A stretch of 64,000 nt of DNA from Phaeosaccion multiseriatum (lineage: Eukaryota > Protista > Ochrophyta, other classes): NCBI GenBank assembly GCA_965112735.1, contig OZ218955.1, forward strand, positions 3,596,001 through 3,660,000, written 5' to 3'. Below are positions 37,368 to 50,118 of this stretch, one piece after another. Both the position numbers and the translations under genes were made by a program. Every line of letters starts with the position of its first letter. Position 1 is the stretch's first letter. The notes beneath the pieces were generated by a model. It was given only the letters and a program-made list of their open reading frames with translations. It ran no database searches and had not been told where the DNA came from.

Positions 37368-38312
37368 CGGGAAGCGAAAGGTTGTGCGCTCACAGATTGG
37401 TGGAGCGCGAAGCCCCAACTGCTCTACCACACGCAGCCCAGAAGGGAGGGAAGGAGAGAGGGGTGGAGGGTAGTGTGAGGGAGTGAGAAGGGCACCCCGC
37501 TGGGGAAGCACACAGAAAGGTAGCTCCGCGCCGCAACATCGAAATAAGGAGGCAAAGCAGAGCTGAGAAGGTTGCGTACATGGGCAACATGGAGGGGGTG
37601 TGAGGGATGGGGACCGGACCAGGAATGGAGCTGTGAGCACCAAAGCACGACACATGGACCAGTAACATGAAAACGAACGATACATGAAGCTGTCTGCATC
37701 CCATACACGCTGCAACGATGCGATGGGTGGGAGGGGGGGCTTGGGGGAAGGAAGCGACTACACTTTGAGCTTACCCATCAGCCCACCCTCCGTGAGTCAA
37801 AGCAAGCCCGTGATTCAAGGGCAGGTTCTCTGACCGGTCGCACATGCCACAGAGGAGGCAGCAAGGCACTCGACTGACCTCTCCTTCCCACTGGCTGGAG
37901 TGGAGCGACCTCCGTCACTGGGCACGAGCCAGGCGAACCCAAAGGAGGCGGAGGGTCACGCGCTTCAGACCAATAGGGCCGAGGAAGAGAGCGGAGCTTG
38001 CAGTCGTCGAGGCTATTCGCAGCAGCAGCATGTGTACTGTGTGCACTTGAGTCCATCCCCTTAAACATACCAGCTCTCCTCAGGATAGCAGTTGCGGAGT
38101 AGGCACAGTAGAGGAAAGAGCGCCGCACGCGACCATAAGGAGCACAGCACGAGAGGAGATGCTCTAAGGGCTGCTGCTGTCTCTCTCCCATTCCTCCGCT
38201 CCCTGGGGGCATCATTCCCGAGGGATTTCCCCCCTCCCCCTCTCTCTCAATCTCTCTCACAACTCGACCAACACCCATCCATCCTCTACACAGCGCATTA
38301 CAGACACTCGCC

Positions 38313-39100
38313 ATGACGCCTGCATCTCGCACATTGGCTTTCGCCCTCTGGGCCGCGCTCGGTAAGTGGTCTCTCCTTGAAAGGACTCTGTTTTTGGCTG
38401 TTTCGGCCTCCTGCCGAATGGCGGTTTGCCTGCCTCTTCTCGTGGCCAGAAAACCGGGCAGCAAGCAGCTTTAGCGTGCATTCATTGCTCTAAATGCGGG
38501 TTTGGGCTTGTGCGTAAGGCCAGTGATGCCTCGGCCTCTCTGTGGCATAGCTGCTGAGAGAGAGTCGGCTCGAGCATTGGCGGGAACTTCAGGCCGGACC
38601 TCTTCCGCACTCACATACGCACCGCCGCCCTCTGTGCCCCCCCCCACGCGCTGCTGATGTGCACAGAACTGAGTTTTGCCTGCCGCGACGCGTTTCGTCC
38701 TCGACCCCCGCAAGGACATTTTCTGCAACGTGGCTGGCTGCAGCCCCCCTTCAGGACTACACTGCAACTACGGCGCCTTCGACCAAGCCTGCAGGGGCTG
38801 CTTCCTGTCGCAAGTGAGTGCGCGTTGGCCTGAGAGCGCGATTCTCGCTCATGACCCTCCACGCCTCTTGCTCATACTGCTTTCAGCTGACGTTCTGCAT
38901 TCTGCATTCAACACAACTCTAAGCCCGCTGCCCACCGCTTCCTGCGGCCTTCTACCCTGCCCCCCCCCCCCGCCCTTGCTCCCCTTGCCCGACAGGAGGG
39001 TCTGGAGGCCTACGTCGAGGAGTTCTCCACCCCCAGTGAGGACGCCTCTGCCTTCATTCTGTGCCCCGACGCCACCGCCGCGCCCACTTCACGTCCCTGA
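38313..39100 (+). pseudogene. Truncated, frameshifted copy of the secreted Cys-rich protein
   Basis: The signal-peptide exon is present. Deletions near 38680 shift the frame, and the next exon is cut at the duplication junction (original frame ...DATAAPTSRP*). Confidence 0.8.
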
Positions 39101-39237
39101 AGCTTGAGCTGCAGGCCTTTAGGGGCGCTCCGTCCCCCCGGGGCCGTCTGGAGATGGCCAAGAAGCTTGACCAGGCCGTAGAGGACCTTCCTGCGCCGGA
39201 GGAGGAGCTCGCGGCAGGGGGGGAGGGCGGCGCGTGA
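39089..39237 (+). pseudogene. Orphan duplicate of the kinesin last exon
   Basis: Near-identical to 33014-33162, but lacks its splice acceptor. Confidence 0.85.
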
Positions 39238-39639
39238 GGAGAATAGTCAGTAGCGGTGAATGAAATGTTGGCCACCACATGTGCGTGCGTGTGTGCGTGC
39301 GTTGGCGGAGCAGGTGACTGTGGCGGGGGAGCCACATTTACCACCCCCCTTCTTACTACTACTACTACTGCTGCTGTAACTGTAACACTTATTCAGGTGG
39401 TGCGCTTTGTTTCAGAGCCTGCTGCTCAACACAGGGGTTGGGCGAGGCACGAGTGAGTCGGATTGGCTGTTGTAGCACAACGCCTCACCATCTCTCAGCA
39501 TTTCAATTGATTTTCTTTTCTGACAGCTGTGCGAAGGTCTATTTCAGCCCACCAGAGCCGTTTTTCTTGCCTCGACCCCAACCGTATCCTCTCTTCCCCT
39601 TTTTTAGCCCTCTCTGTATACTTCCAGGGGCGCACACTC

Positions 39640-40060
39640 TTGCCGCCTCATGCAGAGCCAAGCTGTCCTTTATGTCGGCCCCCGACTCGGTCAAGAGCCT
39701 AACGATGGCAGCATGGCCTCCCTCGGCTGTAAGACAACCACGCCCGCAACTTATGTTGCCATCTGCTCCTGACCGCACCAAAGCTCGCACCAGCCCCACC
39801 ATCCGCCTCCGCGCAGCTATCTGCAGCGCAGTAATTCCACGGGTATACCCATTAGTATACCCTTTTGCAGCCTCCTGAGGTTCAGGTTGAATCCCTCGCT
39901 CTTGATGGCTTGCACGTGCGCGAGCATCTCCTCCCCCACCCCCTCCAGCTCTGTCATGTTTGCAAGGACATGAAAAGGGCCGTATCCGGAGATCTTTAGA
40001 GATGTGACGTCCACAGCAGAGCGGATTGCCTTCCAGGGGAGGGAGGTTGGCGTCATTCTC
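39640..40060 (-). pseudogene. Ankyrin-repeat pseudogene (duplication unit 2)
   Basis: GYGPFHVLANM..EMLAHVQAIKSEGFNLN, then after a frameshift GITALQIAARRRMVGLVRALVRSGADGN...AEGGHAAIVRLLTESGADI. Confidence 0.75.
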
Positions 40061-40494
40061 CTCGCTCTGTCGCTGCTGGGTGACCACTGGGGGTGTTTTT
40101 CACAAGCAAGACGTCCTTCGAAAGGCCTAATCCCCCCGGTTTTTCATTTCTTCTTCACTCTACCCACCGCGCGCTCCTCATTGTGCGGCTGATTGCCACC
40201 TGTGTGCTGCTGATCTCTAGGTGTAAGGCAAAGGGAGGGAGAGGGAGGGAAAGACAGGGGAGAGTGGGAGAGCCTTGTTTTCAGCCCATGTCAACAATGA
40301 TCCTAGCGCGGGGTTCCCCCTGACCCCCTTACCCTTCCCCCCCCCGCTCATACACCCTTCCTACTCAGAAGTAGCCCCTCCGTGACTCCAGCCCACTTTC
40401 TACTATTCCTCCTCTCGCTCACTGCTGTCAGACCAGCGACGTCTGAAGGTTTATTGTCTTCCCGGCTTCTCGCTCCGTGCTAGCCACTCTCAGG

Positions 40495-43400
40495 ATGCAG
40501 TTCGTGAAAGAATACAACGGCCTGGACATTGAGGAGATCAACACGTTCCTGGTACGAACATGTCTCTCGAGTTGGGAGTTTCTACTTTGGTCCCGGGCTC
40601 CCGCTCTCTCGCTGCACCCCTTTTCACCCCTTCTCGCCATGCCCCTTGCCCCGCCCTCCTGTCGAGTAGGGCATGGCGCAGCCTGCTGCTGCTCACCTGC
40701 TTCCTCAGCTTCGCTAACTCGCCTCCTGGCCTGACCTCTTCTTCTCCCTCCCATCCCTCCCGTCCCGTTCTCTCTCTGTCTCTGCCCATTGACCTCCCAT
40801 TCAACTCCCGCGCTTGTTTTCGCAGGCCGCCTCCCCAGAGCCTTTCAGCCCATCCGCGCTGTACAGCTCCAAGGAGGAGAGGAAGTATGTGGACACCCAG
40901 CAGCGCCTCTCCTGCTTCAGGCTTTTCAAGGATCCCAAGCTCTTCGCCCTCGTGGAATGTATGGCCTCCTCTCCTTGCCTCAAGCAAAGAATTCCACAGG
41001 GCGCTACCTTCTCTTCTCTTTATCTCCCCCCACCGCGATTGCTTACCTCGTCTTCCCTTCGTCCACCCCAGGCGTGCTGAAGCAGATGAGCGCCGAGGAC
41101 GAGCTCAATGACTACATGCTCCTGCGTAACGACTTGACGCACATCAAGTACGCCAAGGGTGGCTTCTTCGAGCGCCACAAGGACTACCTCTCGCTCACCT
41201 CCAACGTGGTGCAGGAGTACAGCCTCCTCCTCTGCGTCACGCCCCGGGAGCAAGCCGCCAAGTGCCGCGGGGGAGAGACCATGCTACACCTCTCAGACAA
41301 CTTGTCGCACAAGTAAGTTGAGCTGGTAAGCTATAGCCGGTGCATAGCCATGCCTGCCTCTGGGGGAGCGGCGACTCTGCCGGTCTGCCGGCGTTCCTTC
41401 CTTCCTGAACCCCCCTCTCCCTCTAAGGGTAGCTTCTTGTTGATGGACACACGGCCCCTCTCCTGTCGTGTGGCTCTGTGGTGTGCAGGTCCAAGGCCAC
41501 GGTGACTCCCGGCGGCGCCCTTCTCTTCCGCAAGGATCTCGTGCACGAGGGGAGGGAGGTGCAGGAGGGTGAGAAGCACATCTTGACCGCCAATGTGTGG
41601 GTAACAAGAAAGGCCTCCGACCAAATCCTCCTCGTGACCTTCCCCGAGCGCCCGGAGGAGGCCGAGGTTGGAGGGGAGCGGAGCTCGACGAAGCCCCTCT
41701 CTGCTTCACTTTTTCACGATGCTGTGGAGGCCCAGGACCGTTCCTACGCCATCGCTCTCTCTGCCTTGGCCGACTTTCCGGAGAACAAGCTCACGGCACA
41801 CCTCAGCTTCCTGCGGACTCAAGAAGGGGCCAAAACACAAGGCGAGGAGAGAGGAGCGGCGGCGGCGACGACGGCAGGGGTCGAAGGAGGGGGGGGAAAC
41901 TCGGAGGGGAGGCGCGCATCTCAGCAGATCCTCCGCTATGAGTGCACGGACGCTTCCTACGAGCAGTTCGGCCTCATCTTCCGCATCCTGAGCGGCTCGT
42001 ACGTGACTGCGGAGGAGGTGATTGCCAACCGGGAGCTGCTGGAGTACTACTGCATCAGCCTCAACAGGGTGCTCGTGGACATGGCTACGCTCGTCAACAC
42101 GGGCCGAGACAAGGTCGTGTCGCCCACTCCGCTCGCCCTCGTGGAGGAGGAGAGGGCGGCTCCCCAGGGCTCGCGCAAGTCGCACAAGCCGAAGACCGAG
42201 GGAAGGGAGAAGGAGCCTCGAACTTCTCGGCAAGAGGGGGGTCGAGTCGCTGACAAGGAGGAGGGAATAACCAACGGAGGGCAGAAGAGCAACTCTACGG
42301 GCAAGGGAGGGGAGAAGAGCGGCGGCCAGCAGGAGGAAGAAGGCATCATCGTGTGCAGCAGCTCCGAGCGGACGGTCTACCTGAGCTCCGTGGCCAAGGG
42401 GCTGGGGCTACCCTACGTGCCGTGGAGGATCTTCCTCGTGGAGGGGAGCCTCGACTTTGGCGGCGATGACGCTGTCGTTGGCCGGACGGAGGATGGCCAG
42501 TACATCATGAGGGACACTGAGAGGCTGCGAATGACCCCGGTTTGGATTAGGTAAGCGCGAGACGGCTGCATGGCTGGTAAACAGACCGGGGCACGCGGAG
42601 CGAGCGAGCTCAAGCGCTGCCTTCAGAGAGAGAACTTCCCTCTCGCTCTCTCTTGCGCTGACTAACGGCCAAGTGCTCCCTCCTCTCTCCTCTCTCTCTC
42701 TCTGACTGGCCGTGTATACCCTCACCCAGCCTCGGGGATTACGACTCAATCTTGGCATACCACTGCCTGGTGGGTCTGGGGGTGCCCGACAAAATCGACT
42801 TGCTCAAGGCAGACTCCTTCTTCGATGACATACGCCTGAAGCCGGAAAAAGTGACGCCTGGGTTTCGAGCTGCGCTCGAAGTACCGGACACCCTCATCAA
42901 GCTCAAGTACGCCGACGGACAGTACGCTGCCACCTTTAGCGCAGAGCGCACTCCAGGTGACGAAGGGGCGACCGCTCAGGAGGGCGTGGGGGACGAGAGC
43001 CACACAGGCGAGTCTCAGTCCGAAGCTTGTGAAGGCAGTGGGACGAAGAGGAAGCGAGGGCTCGCGGGTATCGGCACCATCAGCGTCGCGACTGTGTTAG
43101 CAAACTCCCGCCGGGTAAGACACCCTGCGGTGGACTGCGGCCTTCGCCTGGCCCTGTCTCCTGCTCAGCGACAGAGTCCTTGCGGCACTGTTGTTCGAAT
43201 GGTGAGTCGCTGGACCCTTTCCCTTCAGTCCGAGCCTCGACTTTTGTTCTTTCACAACTCGGCCTCACTCTCTATTCTCATCACTTTCTCAGCGCGATTC
43301 TTCCTCTCGACTATCGCGATTCCTCTGTGCAGCTTACCGCCTCGATCTCGCTTGGTCCCTGGTGCTGACTCTCTCTCCCTAATGCGTTGCAAGGTGAGCC

Positions 43401-44065
43401 GAGTGCCAGGGGACCTCATAGCGCTGGAGGAAGCCACCGTCCTCCCTGGGGGGGACTCTTACATGGAAGGCGGCTCCGCTGGCGACCGCCGCGACGGGCA
43501 CGCCTCGCCCTGCTTCCACGTGGACTCTCGAGGGAAGAGCGCCTTCTCCAAGGAAGAGGCCGGGGCGGCGAGCCAGCGAGTGAGAGACATGCGGCTAGTG
43601 GAACACGTGAGTCGTACGGGGGTCCTCCTGATACTTGTGACTGAGAGGGCTGCCACTGCCTCTCGAGGGTGCGCTGTCTTGCTTTCCGTGCATCGCTCTC
43701 GTCTTGTGCTTCCCACGAGACATTTCACCTTCCTTCTTCATAACTGCTGGGTACTGCTTGCAACCACCTGATAGGTCAAGGCGAAGGTGGCGTCCACTTC
43801 CTTCCGCGTGCAGCTGCCTCAAATGAGCACCTATCTTGAGCACAGGTCAGTTGAGCGCCTCTGCCGTGCCGCGGACCTGCCGCTTGCCTCCCCGTCCCTG
43901 TATATGCATGTGCCTGTGCTTGACCGCTGCCCGTCATCGCCCGCCACGCCCTGAGTCGCTTCTTGCTTGCTACTGTTGCTGCCACACTGCCACAGCTTCT
44001 GCAACGAGAGCGTATACGGATCGCTCAACTTCTTAGAAGTCACCGGCCTCATCAAGATGGAGTGA
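40495..44065 (+). CDS. 2OG-Fe(II) dioxygenase (prolyl-hydroxylase-like fold) fused to a BTB/POZ-like region and an unknown C-terminal domain, copy 2 (intact, 8 exons)
   Basis: IKYAKGGFFERHKD (HxD), YSLLLCV, GGET, GGALLFRKDLVHEG (distal His), GEKHILTANVW. Then YAIALSALADFPENKLTAHL...FGLIFRILSG...ELLEYY (KCTD/T1-type BTB pattern, weaker call). Ends FCNESVYGSLNFLEVTGLIKME*. Confidence 0.82.
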
Positions 44066-45096
44066 CGGGAAGCGAAAGGTTGTGCGCTCACAGATTGGTG
44101 GAGCGCGAAGCCCCAACTGCTCTACCACACGCAGCCCAGAAGGGAGGGAAGGAGAGAGGGGTGGAGGGTAGTGTGAGGGAGTGAGAAGGGCACCCCGCTG
44201 GGGAAGCACACAGAAAGGTAGCTCCGCGCCGCAATATCGAAATAAGGAGGCAAAGCAGAGCTGAGAAGGTTGCGGTACATGACATGGAGGGGGTGTGAGG
44301 GATGGGGACCGGACTAGGAATGGAGCTGTGAGCACCAAAGCAGGACGTATAAACCAGTAACAAGAAAATATGAAAAAATGAAGCATATCAAGCTGTCTGC
44401 ATCCCATACACGCTGCAACGATGCGATGGGTGGGAGGGGGGGCTTGGGGGAAGGAAGCGACTACACTTGAGCTTACCCATCAGCCCACCCTCCGCGAGTC
44501 GAAGCAAGGCCTTAGTAACAGGTCTCCGTGAGTCAAAGGCACTACCCAGGCCTCCGTGATTCAAGGGCAGGTTCTCTGACCGGTCGCACATGCCACAGAG
44601 GAGGCAGCAAGGCACTCGACTGACACTCCTTCCCACTGGCTGGAGTGGAGCGACCTCCGTCACTGGCCACGAGCCAGGCGAACCCAAAGGATTCGGAGGG
44701 TCACGCGCTTCAGACCAGTAGGGCCGAGGAAGAGAGCGGAGCTTGCAGTAGTAGAGGATATTCGCGGCAGCAGCATGTGTACTGTGTGCACTTGAGTCCA
44801 GCCCACTGTCACTTACCAGCTCTTCGTGGCTTGGCTTGGCTCACTGGTAGGCACAGTAGAGGAAAGAGAGCGCCGCACGCGACCATAGGGAGCACAGCAC
44901 GAGGGGGGAGATGCTCAGAGTGAGCAAGTGCTGCGTGCTTTGGCTGCTCCTCGTGCCCCTCTCCCTTTCCTTCGCCCATTCCTCCCTCCGCCCCCTGGGG
45001 GCATCATTCCCGAGGGGGGTAGTCACACTTAAAATCTCTCTCACAACACGACCAACGCCCATCCATCCGCTACACAGCGCACTACAGACACTCACC

Positions 45097-46808
45097 ATGC
45101 CGCCTGCATCTCGCACATTTGCTTTCGCCCTCTGGGTCGCTCTCGGTATGTGGTCTCTCTTTGAAAGGACTCTGTTTTTGGCTGTTTCGGCCTCCTGCCG
45201 AATGGCGGTTTGCCTGCCTCTTCTCGTGGCCAGAGAAGCGGGCAGCAAGCAGCTTTAGCGTGCATGCATTGCTCTAGATGCGGGTGTGGGCTTGTGTGTG
45301 AGGCCAGTGATGCCTCGGCCTCTCTGTGGCATAGCCGCTGACGCTCGCGTGAGCTCGAGGGGCCTACGGAGAGTCGGCTCGAGCATTGGCGGGAACTTCA
45401 GGCCGGACCTCTTCCACACTCACATACGCACCGCCGCCCTCCCCTCCCCCTTCCTGTGGCCTCCCACGCGCTGCTGATGTGCACAGAACTGGGTTTTGCC
45501 TGCGAGACCGACCAAGACTGCCGCGACACCCTAGCCGACGCCTCTTTCGTCCTTGACCCCCGCAAGGACATTTTCTGCAACGTGGCTGGCTGCAGCCCCC
45601 CTTCTGGACTACACTGCAACTATGGCGGCTTCGACCAAGCCTGCAGGAGCTGCTTTCTCTCGCAAGTGAGTGCGCGTTGGCCTGAGAGCGCGATTCTCGC
45701 TCATGACCCTCCACGCCTCTTGCTCATACTGCTTTCAGCTGACGTTCTGCATTCTGCATTCAACACAACTCTAACCCCGCTGCCCACCGCTTCCTGCGGC
45801 CTTCTACCCTGCCCCTCCCCCCCGCCCTTGCTCCCCCTGCCCGTTAGGAGGGTCTGGAGGCCTACGTCGAGGAGTTCTCCACCCCTAGCGAGGACGCCTC
45901 TGCCTTCATTCTGTGCCCCGACGCCACCGCCGCGCCCACTTCCTCGCCCACGCCCTCGCCCTCGCCCCCCTCCTCACCTCCGACTCCCTCACCCGTCGAC
46001 GGTGACACCGCAGCTCCGACACCCTCCCCGACCATGGCCCCTACCCCGGCGCCTGTGGAGCTCGACACCGCAGCTCCGACGCCCGCCCCGACCATGGCCC
46101 CTACCCCGGCGCCTGTGGGGCTCGACACCGCAGCTCCGACACCCTCCCCGACCATGGCCCCTACCCCGGCGCCTGTGGAGCTCGACACCGCAGCTCCGAC
46201 GCCCTCCCCGACAATGGCCCCTACCCCGGCGCCTGTGGAGCTCGACACCCTCCCCGAAGACGACGAGAGCTGTGCCGCCTGCGTCGATGTGAGCGTCTCA
46301 CAGCAGGAGTTCCTCGATACCTTCTCGAAGGAAATCGTTTGTGATCTGTCCTGTTCCGAGCCAGACGCTCCCCAGCACTGGTGAGTTTGCGTTTCCTCGC
46401 TCCACTTGGGTACCTTCCCCCGCCGTCTCTCGAAGCCACCCTCCTTTCGTCACCCCACACGCCTTCTTGTCGCTGATGTGTACGCAATATCTTCCGTTCT
46501 CCCTCGTCTTCGTGCCCACCCAAGCAACATGCTCGGTCTTGGCCAGAACTGCAGGGGCTGTCACACCAACTGTGAGGGCGCCGCGCTCGAGCTGGCTAGG
46601 ACAGGCGAACCCTCCGGATCCATCTACTGGTACGTCCAGCTGCTGCAGACCCGTGGCCAGCCGAGTGTAGTAGCTAGATCCCTCTCACCATCGCCATTCG
46701 CTGTCTGTCCCCCCCCCTCCCTCTCGTCTCGGGCTGCTGGTCTGCCGCTGCCTGCGCAGGTGCCCAGAGTCAGGTATCGAGGGAAGCTATGCCGACGAGT
46801 GCCTGTGA
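45097..46808 (+). CDS. Secreted protein: signal peptide, two related Cys-rich modules separated by a Pro/Thr mucin-like linker (5 exons)
   Basis: Spliced product: MPPASRTFAFALWVAL|ELGFACETDQDC...FCNVAGCS...HCNYGGFDQACRSC...ILCP, then (DTAAPTPSPTMAPTPAPVEL)x4, then IVCDLSCS...HCNMLGLGQNCRGC...IYWCPESG...ECL*. Confidence 0.82.
46004..46249 (+). repeat. Coding 60-bp tandem repeat, 4 copies
   Basis: gacaccgcagctccgacRccctccccgaccatggcccctaccccggcgcctgtggagctc repeated with period 60. Confidence 0.95.
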
Positions 46809-47731
46809 GCCCGGATGGCCAAGCGAGCGGAGCCACACGCTCGCACGCACGCACGCCCGAGATCATCAGCCAGATCGGCAAGCGGCCCTTAGCTCATCTA
46901 AAGCAGCACAGCATCAGCGGATCGCGGAGCCGGACAGCGCTGCCGCTGCCGGAGTTCACGATGCCTCCGAGTCCCTCGTCGGGCATCTACTGGCGTCTAT
47001 GGGTGGCCTCCCCTCGAGGGTTCGGCCGCTGACAAGCGCCTCTACATTCAAAGCAGCTGCTTTTAGAGCTTTGCTCGGCGGCTTTTTCATGAATGGAACA
47101 CGAATGAAACACATTTTTGCTCAGACGGGGGTGAACCAGGCCGGGAGAGACAGCTCGTGTTGGTTGAAAAGACCTTTGCATTACTTTTACCGCACTGTCG
47201 TATGGAACCCTCAATGCTCCTGTTTCCCCTCCTCGTCCTCGACTGTCCCGGCAGCGGGGCGGGTCAGCGGGCCTGCGCCTTTCAGGGTGGTGCAGAACAG
47301 GCTGTGCCGGTCTGGCTAAAGGAAGGGTCCAATGGGGGTAGAGAGGACATCAGGACAATGGTTAGATAGAACATCAAGACAATGGGGTAGACAGAACATG
47401 AGGGAAGGGGGCCTTTGCTTGCTTCGCGCTTTCTATGGGATGATGGCCCACTGTAGACAGCCCAACACACAAAGGGTAGAAGAAAAGACCACAGGAGTGT
47501 TGGGATGACAAATGGGTTGTGTTGTTGTGTTATACTATGTACAGTGGGCTCAGTGCGCTGACTGCGTTCCATTGTTCGTTCTGCCACTCTATGCTGGCTC
47601 TACTCTCGCGCTTCTTGTACGAAACGAGCCTCGATTACGGAGTCTAGAGCTCGCGCTCTCTGCAGGTGCCATCTTTCACTGGCACGACACATACGTGTAT
47701 ATATATATATATGATGCACCCCCTCGCTCGC

Positions 47732-49829
47732 TCAGCCCTTCGCCTCGCCCTCCCTCCGCGGGGTTGGAGGCGGTGGGGGCGGTGACACGGGTCCAGCGAC
47801 GATCTCATGGGTCAGCACCGGGAGGCCGCTGACGTCCACCACTAACTCGGGGTCGACTTGGTAGCGCTCTGCCTTGCCGGATGCAACGTCTCCGTCCTGC
47901 GCAGCTGCTGCCTCTGCCGCTGCTGCTGCTGCTACTGCTATTGCTGCCTCTGCTGATGCATCCGCCAGTGCCGCTCTTGCGGCTGCCTGCTGCTCTGCCT
48001 CCTCCCTCTGACGGGCCTCCTCGTCCTCTTTTGACACCTGAGGCGGGTAAGCCGGTAAGCAGGTAAGCAGGCAAGCAGGCAAGCAGGCAAGCAGGCAGAT
48101 ATTACAGACAGGAAAGACATGCATGAGCGAGAGAGGATGCGGTAGGCTCGGGTGTTATATACAGAGACGGGGGCACAAATGCGAATACGAACTTGGGGCG
48201 AGCACTAACCTCCGCTCCACCCTCCCGCACACGCACACGCACACACGCACACGTAAACATGCAAGCAGACCAACGCCCGCACCCCCATACCTGCTCGAAC
48301 TTGCGCAGGAGCTGTCGGAGCTTGCCGAGGTTCTCCAGGGCGAAGTCGGCGTTGGTGAGCTCAGGCCCGATGTGCACTGTGTAGAGCTCGCAGTCGCTGG
48401 CGATCTTGCCGCTGCTCTCGGGCGCCTGCCAGATGGGGGGGGGAGGGGGTGGGCAGGCAGGCAGAGAGGAAGGACTCATTCTATTGAGCGCGCCAGCAAG
48501 TGGGTGCGGGTGTGTGTGTGTGTGTGTGTGTGGGTGTGTGCGTGGGTGTGTGCGTGGATAAGCCACGCTCCTCTTCCAGGAGTCGATTCCGCCAACCCAA
48601 ACCCCCCTTCTCTCTCTCTCTCGTACACAAACACACACGCGTTTGTCCTCTCCCCCGCCCCTGGCACCAGTGCACCACCTCCTCTTCCCGCCGTACAAAT
48701 CACCTTCGGGTCCCCAAATCACTCACTCACTCCCTCATTCATTCATTCATTCACCCACTCACTCACTCATGCATTCACCCACTCACTCACTCACTCACTC
48801 ACTCACTGACTCACTCACTGACTCATCACTCACTCACCCAGTCACACCCAGTCACACCCTCACTCCCTCACTCCCTCACTCCCTGCCCCCCTCACTCACT
48901 CACTCACTCACCTGCGGGTCCACAAGCGTATACTGTGACTCTGCGAAGGTGGACGAGAAGTGGCCAGAGGACCCGTCCCCTGCCAGCGAAAGGGCCATGT
49001 TATCTCTCTCCTCCGCCGCCAGCCCTCCTAAAGGCAAAGTCTCCGCCAACTCAACCGCCCCTTCCCTCTCCCCTTCCGCTGCTGCCCCTGCCCCTGCGGC
49101 TTCCCCTCCCACCTTCTCTTCCTCGGGGCTGGCAGGCGCCACAGAAGCTGGTCCCCCCGGGGGAAAGAAGGCCTGCGAAGACGACGCCCCGCCGCCTTCT
49201 TCTCGGTCGCTCGTGCCCTCCAGGGGGGACACGGCCCTCGAGGGGGGACTCAGGCTTCCACCCTTGCCGCCTGCGCCCCCCGCCGGCGTCTGGTCGCTGT
49301 TGATCATGCCCTCTGCCCGCAGCTTTTGGAGCGTTACAAAGGCGTCTTCGTCGGACTTGTCGTCCCCTACACAGAAGATGAAGTCCACTTCTCCCCTCTC
49401 TCGCACCGCTTGTGGGTCTGAGAGGTACTGCAGGATGGTCTCGACAAGGACACTCTTGTTGGCGGCTTGATGCCGTACCTCCACCATGGTGTTGGTCTGC
49501 AGGATCTCCAGGGGGAGGTTTCCGAGCACGTCCTCCATGTGCACCTGGACACACGCACGCACGCACAACCGAACACACGCAGAGAGAGAGAGAGAGGCAT
49601 CCCCAAGTGTGAGCCACAGCCAATCAGCCCCCCTTGTTCCTCGGCATGAGGACTCCCCTCCTACCTACTCTCCATCCCGCCTTCCGCGCCTGTGCGCCTC
49701 TAGGCCGTGACATGTCTCCCTCTTCTCCCTGCCCTGTCCGTTACGGGGGGTCTCTAACCCCCGCCCCTGCCCTGCCCAGAGCGATATGGGGTGTCCCTGG
49801 GGCCCACCCAAAAGAGCGAGAGAGAGAGC

Positions 49830-49909
<80 letters not shown>

Positions 49910-50049
49910 CACTCATCCACCCACCCACCTGCATGTCCTTGGCCTGCCAGAGTCCGAAGTGCGGGTCTGAGTCACGGTAGTGCCAAGTCAGACTGCTCTC
50001 CTTGTTCTCAATGTAGGTCCCTGGGGTGCGCTCGGTGAAGTACTGCACA

Positions 50050-50118
<69 letters not shown>

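Larger units (their letters stand above)
33014..45942 (+). repeat. Tandem segmental duplication: unit 1 33014-39090, unit 2 39089-45942
   Basis: Kinesin last-exon sequence tcacgtccctgaagctt... recurs at 39089, and ...gccaccgccgcgcccacttc ends both units. Matching ORFs include 34093/40789 (identical) and 34782/41478. The junction shares 2 nt (tc). Confidence 0.95.

Noticed and set aside
46004-46249. Regular repeats that could be mistaken for a CRISPR array
   Set aside because: They are contiguous 60-bp coding repeats with no unique spacers, no cas genes and a eukaryotic context.
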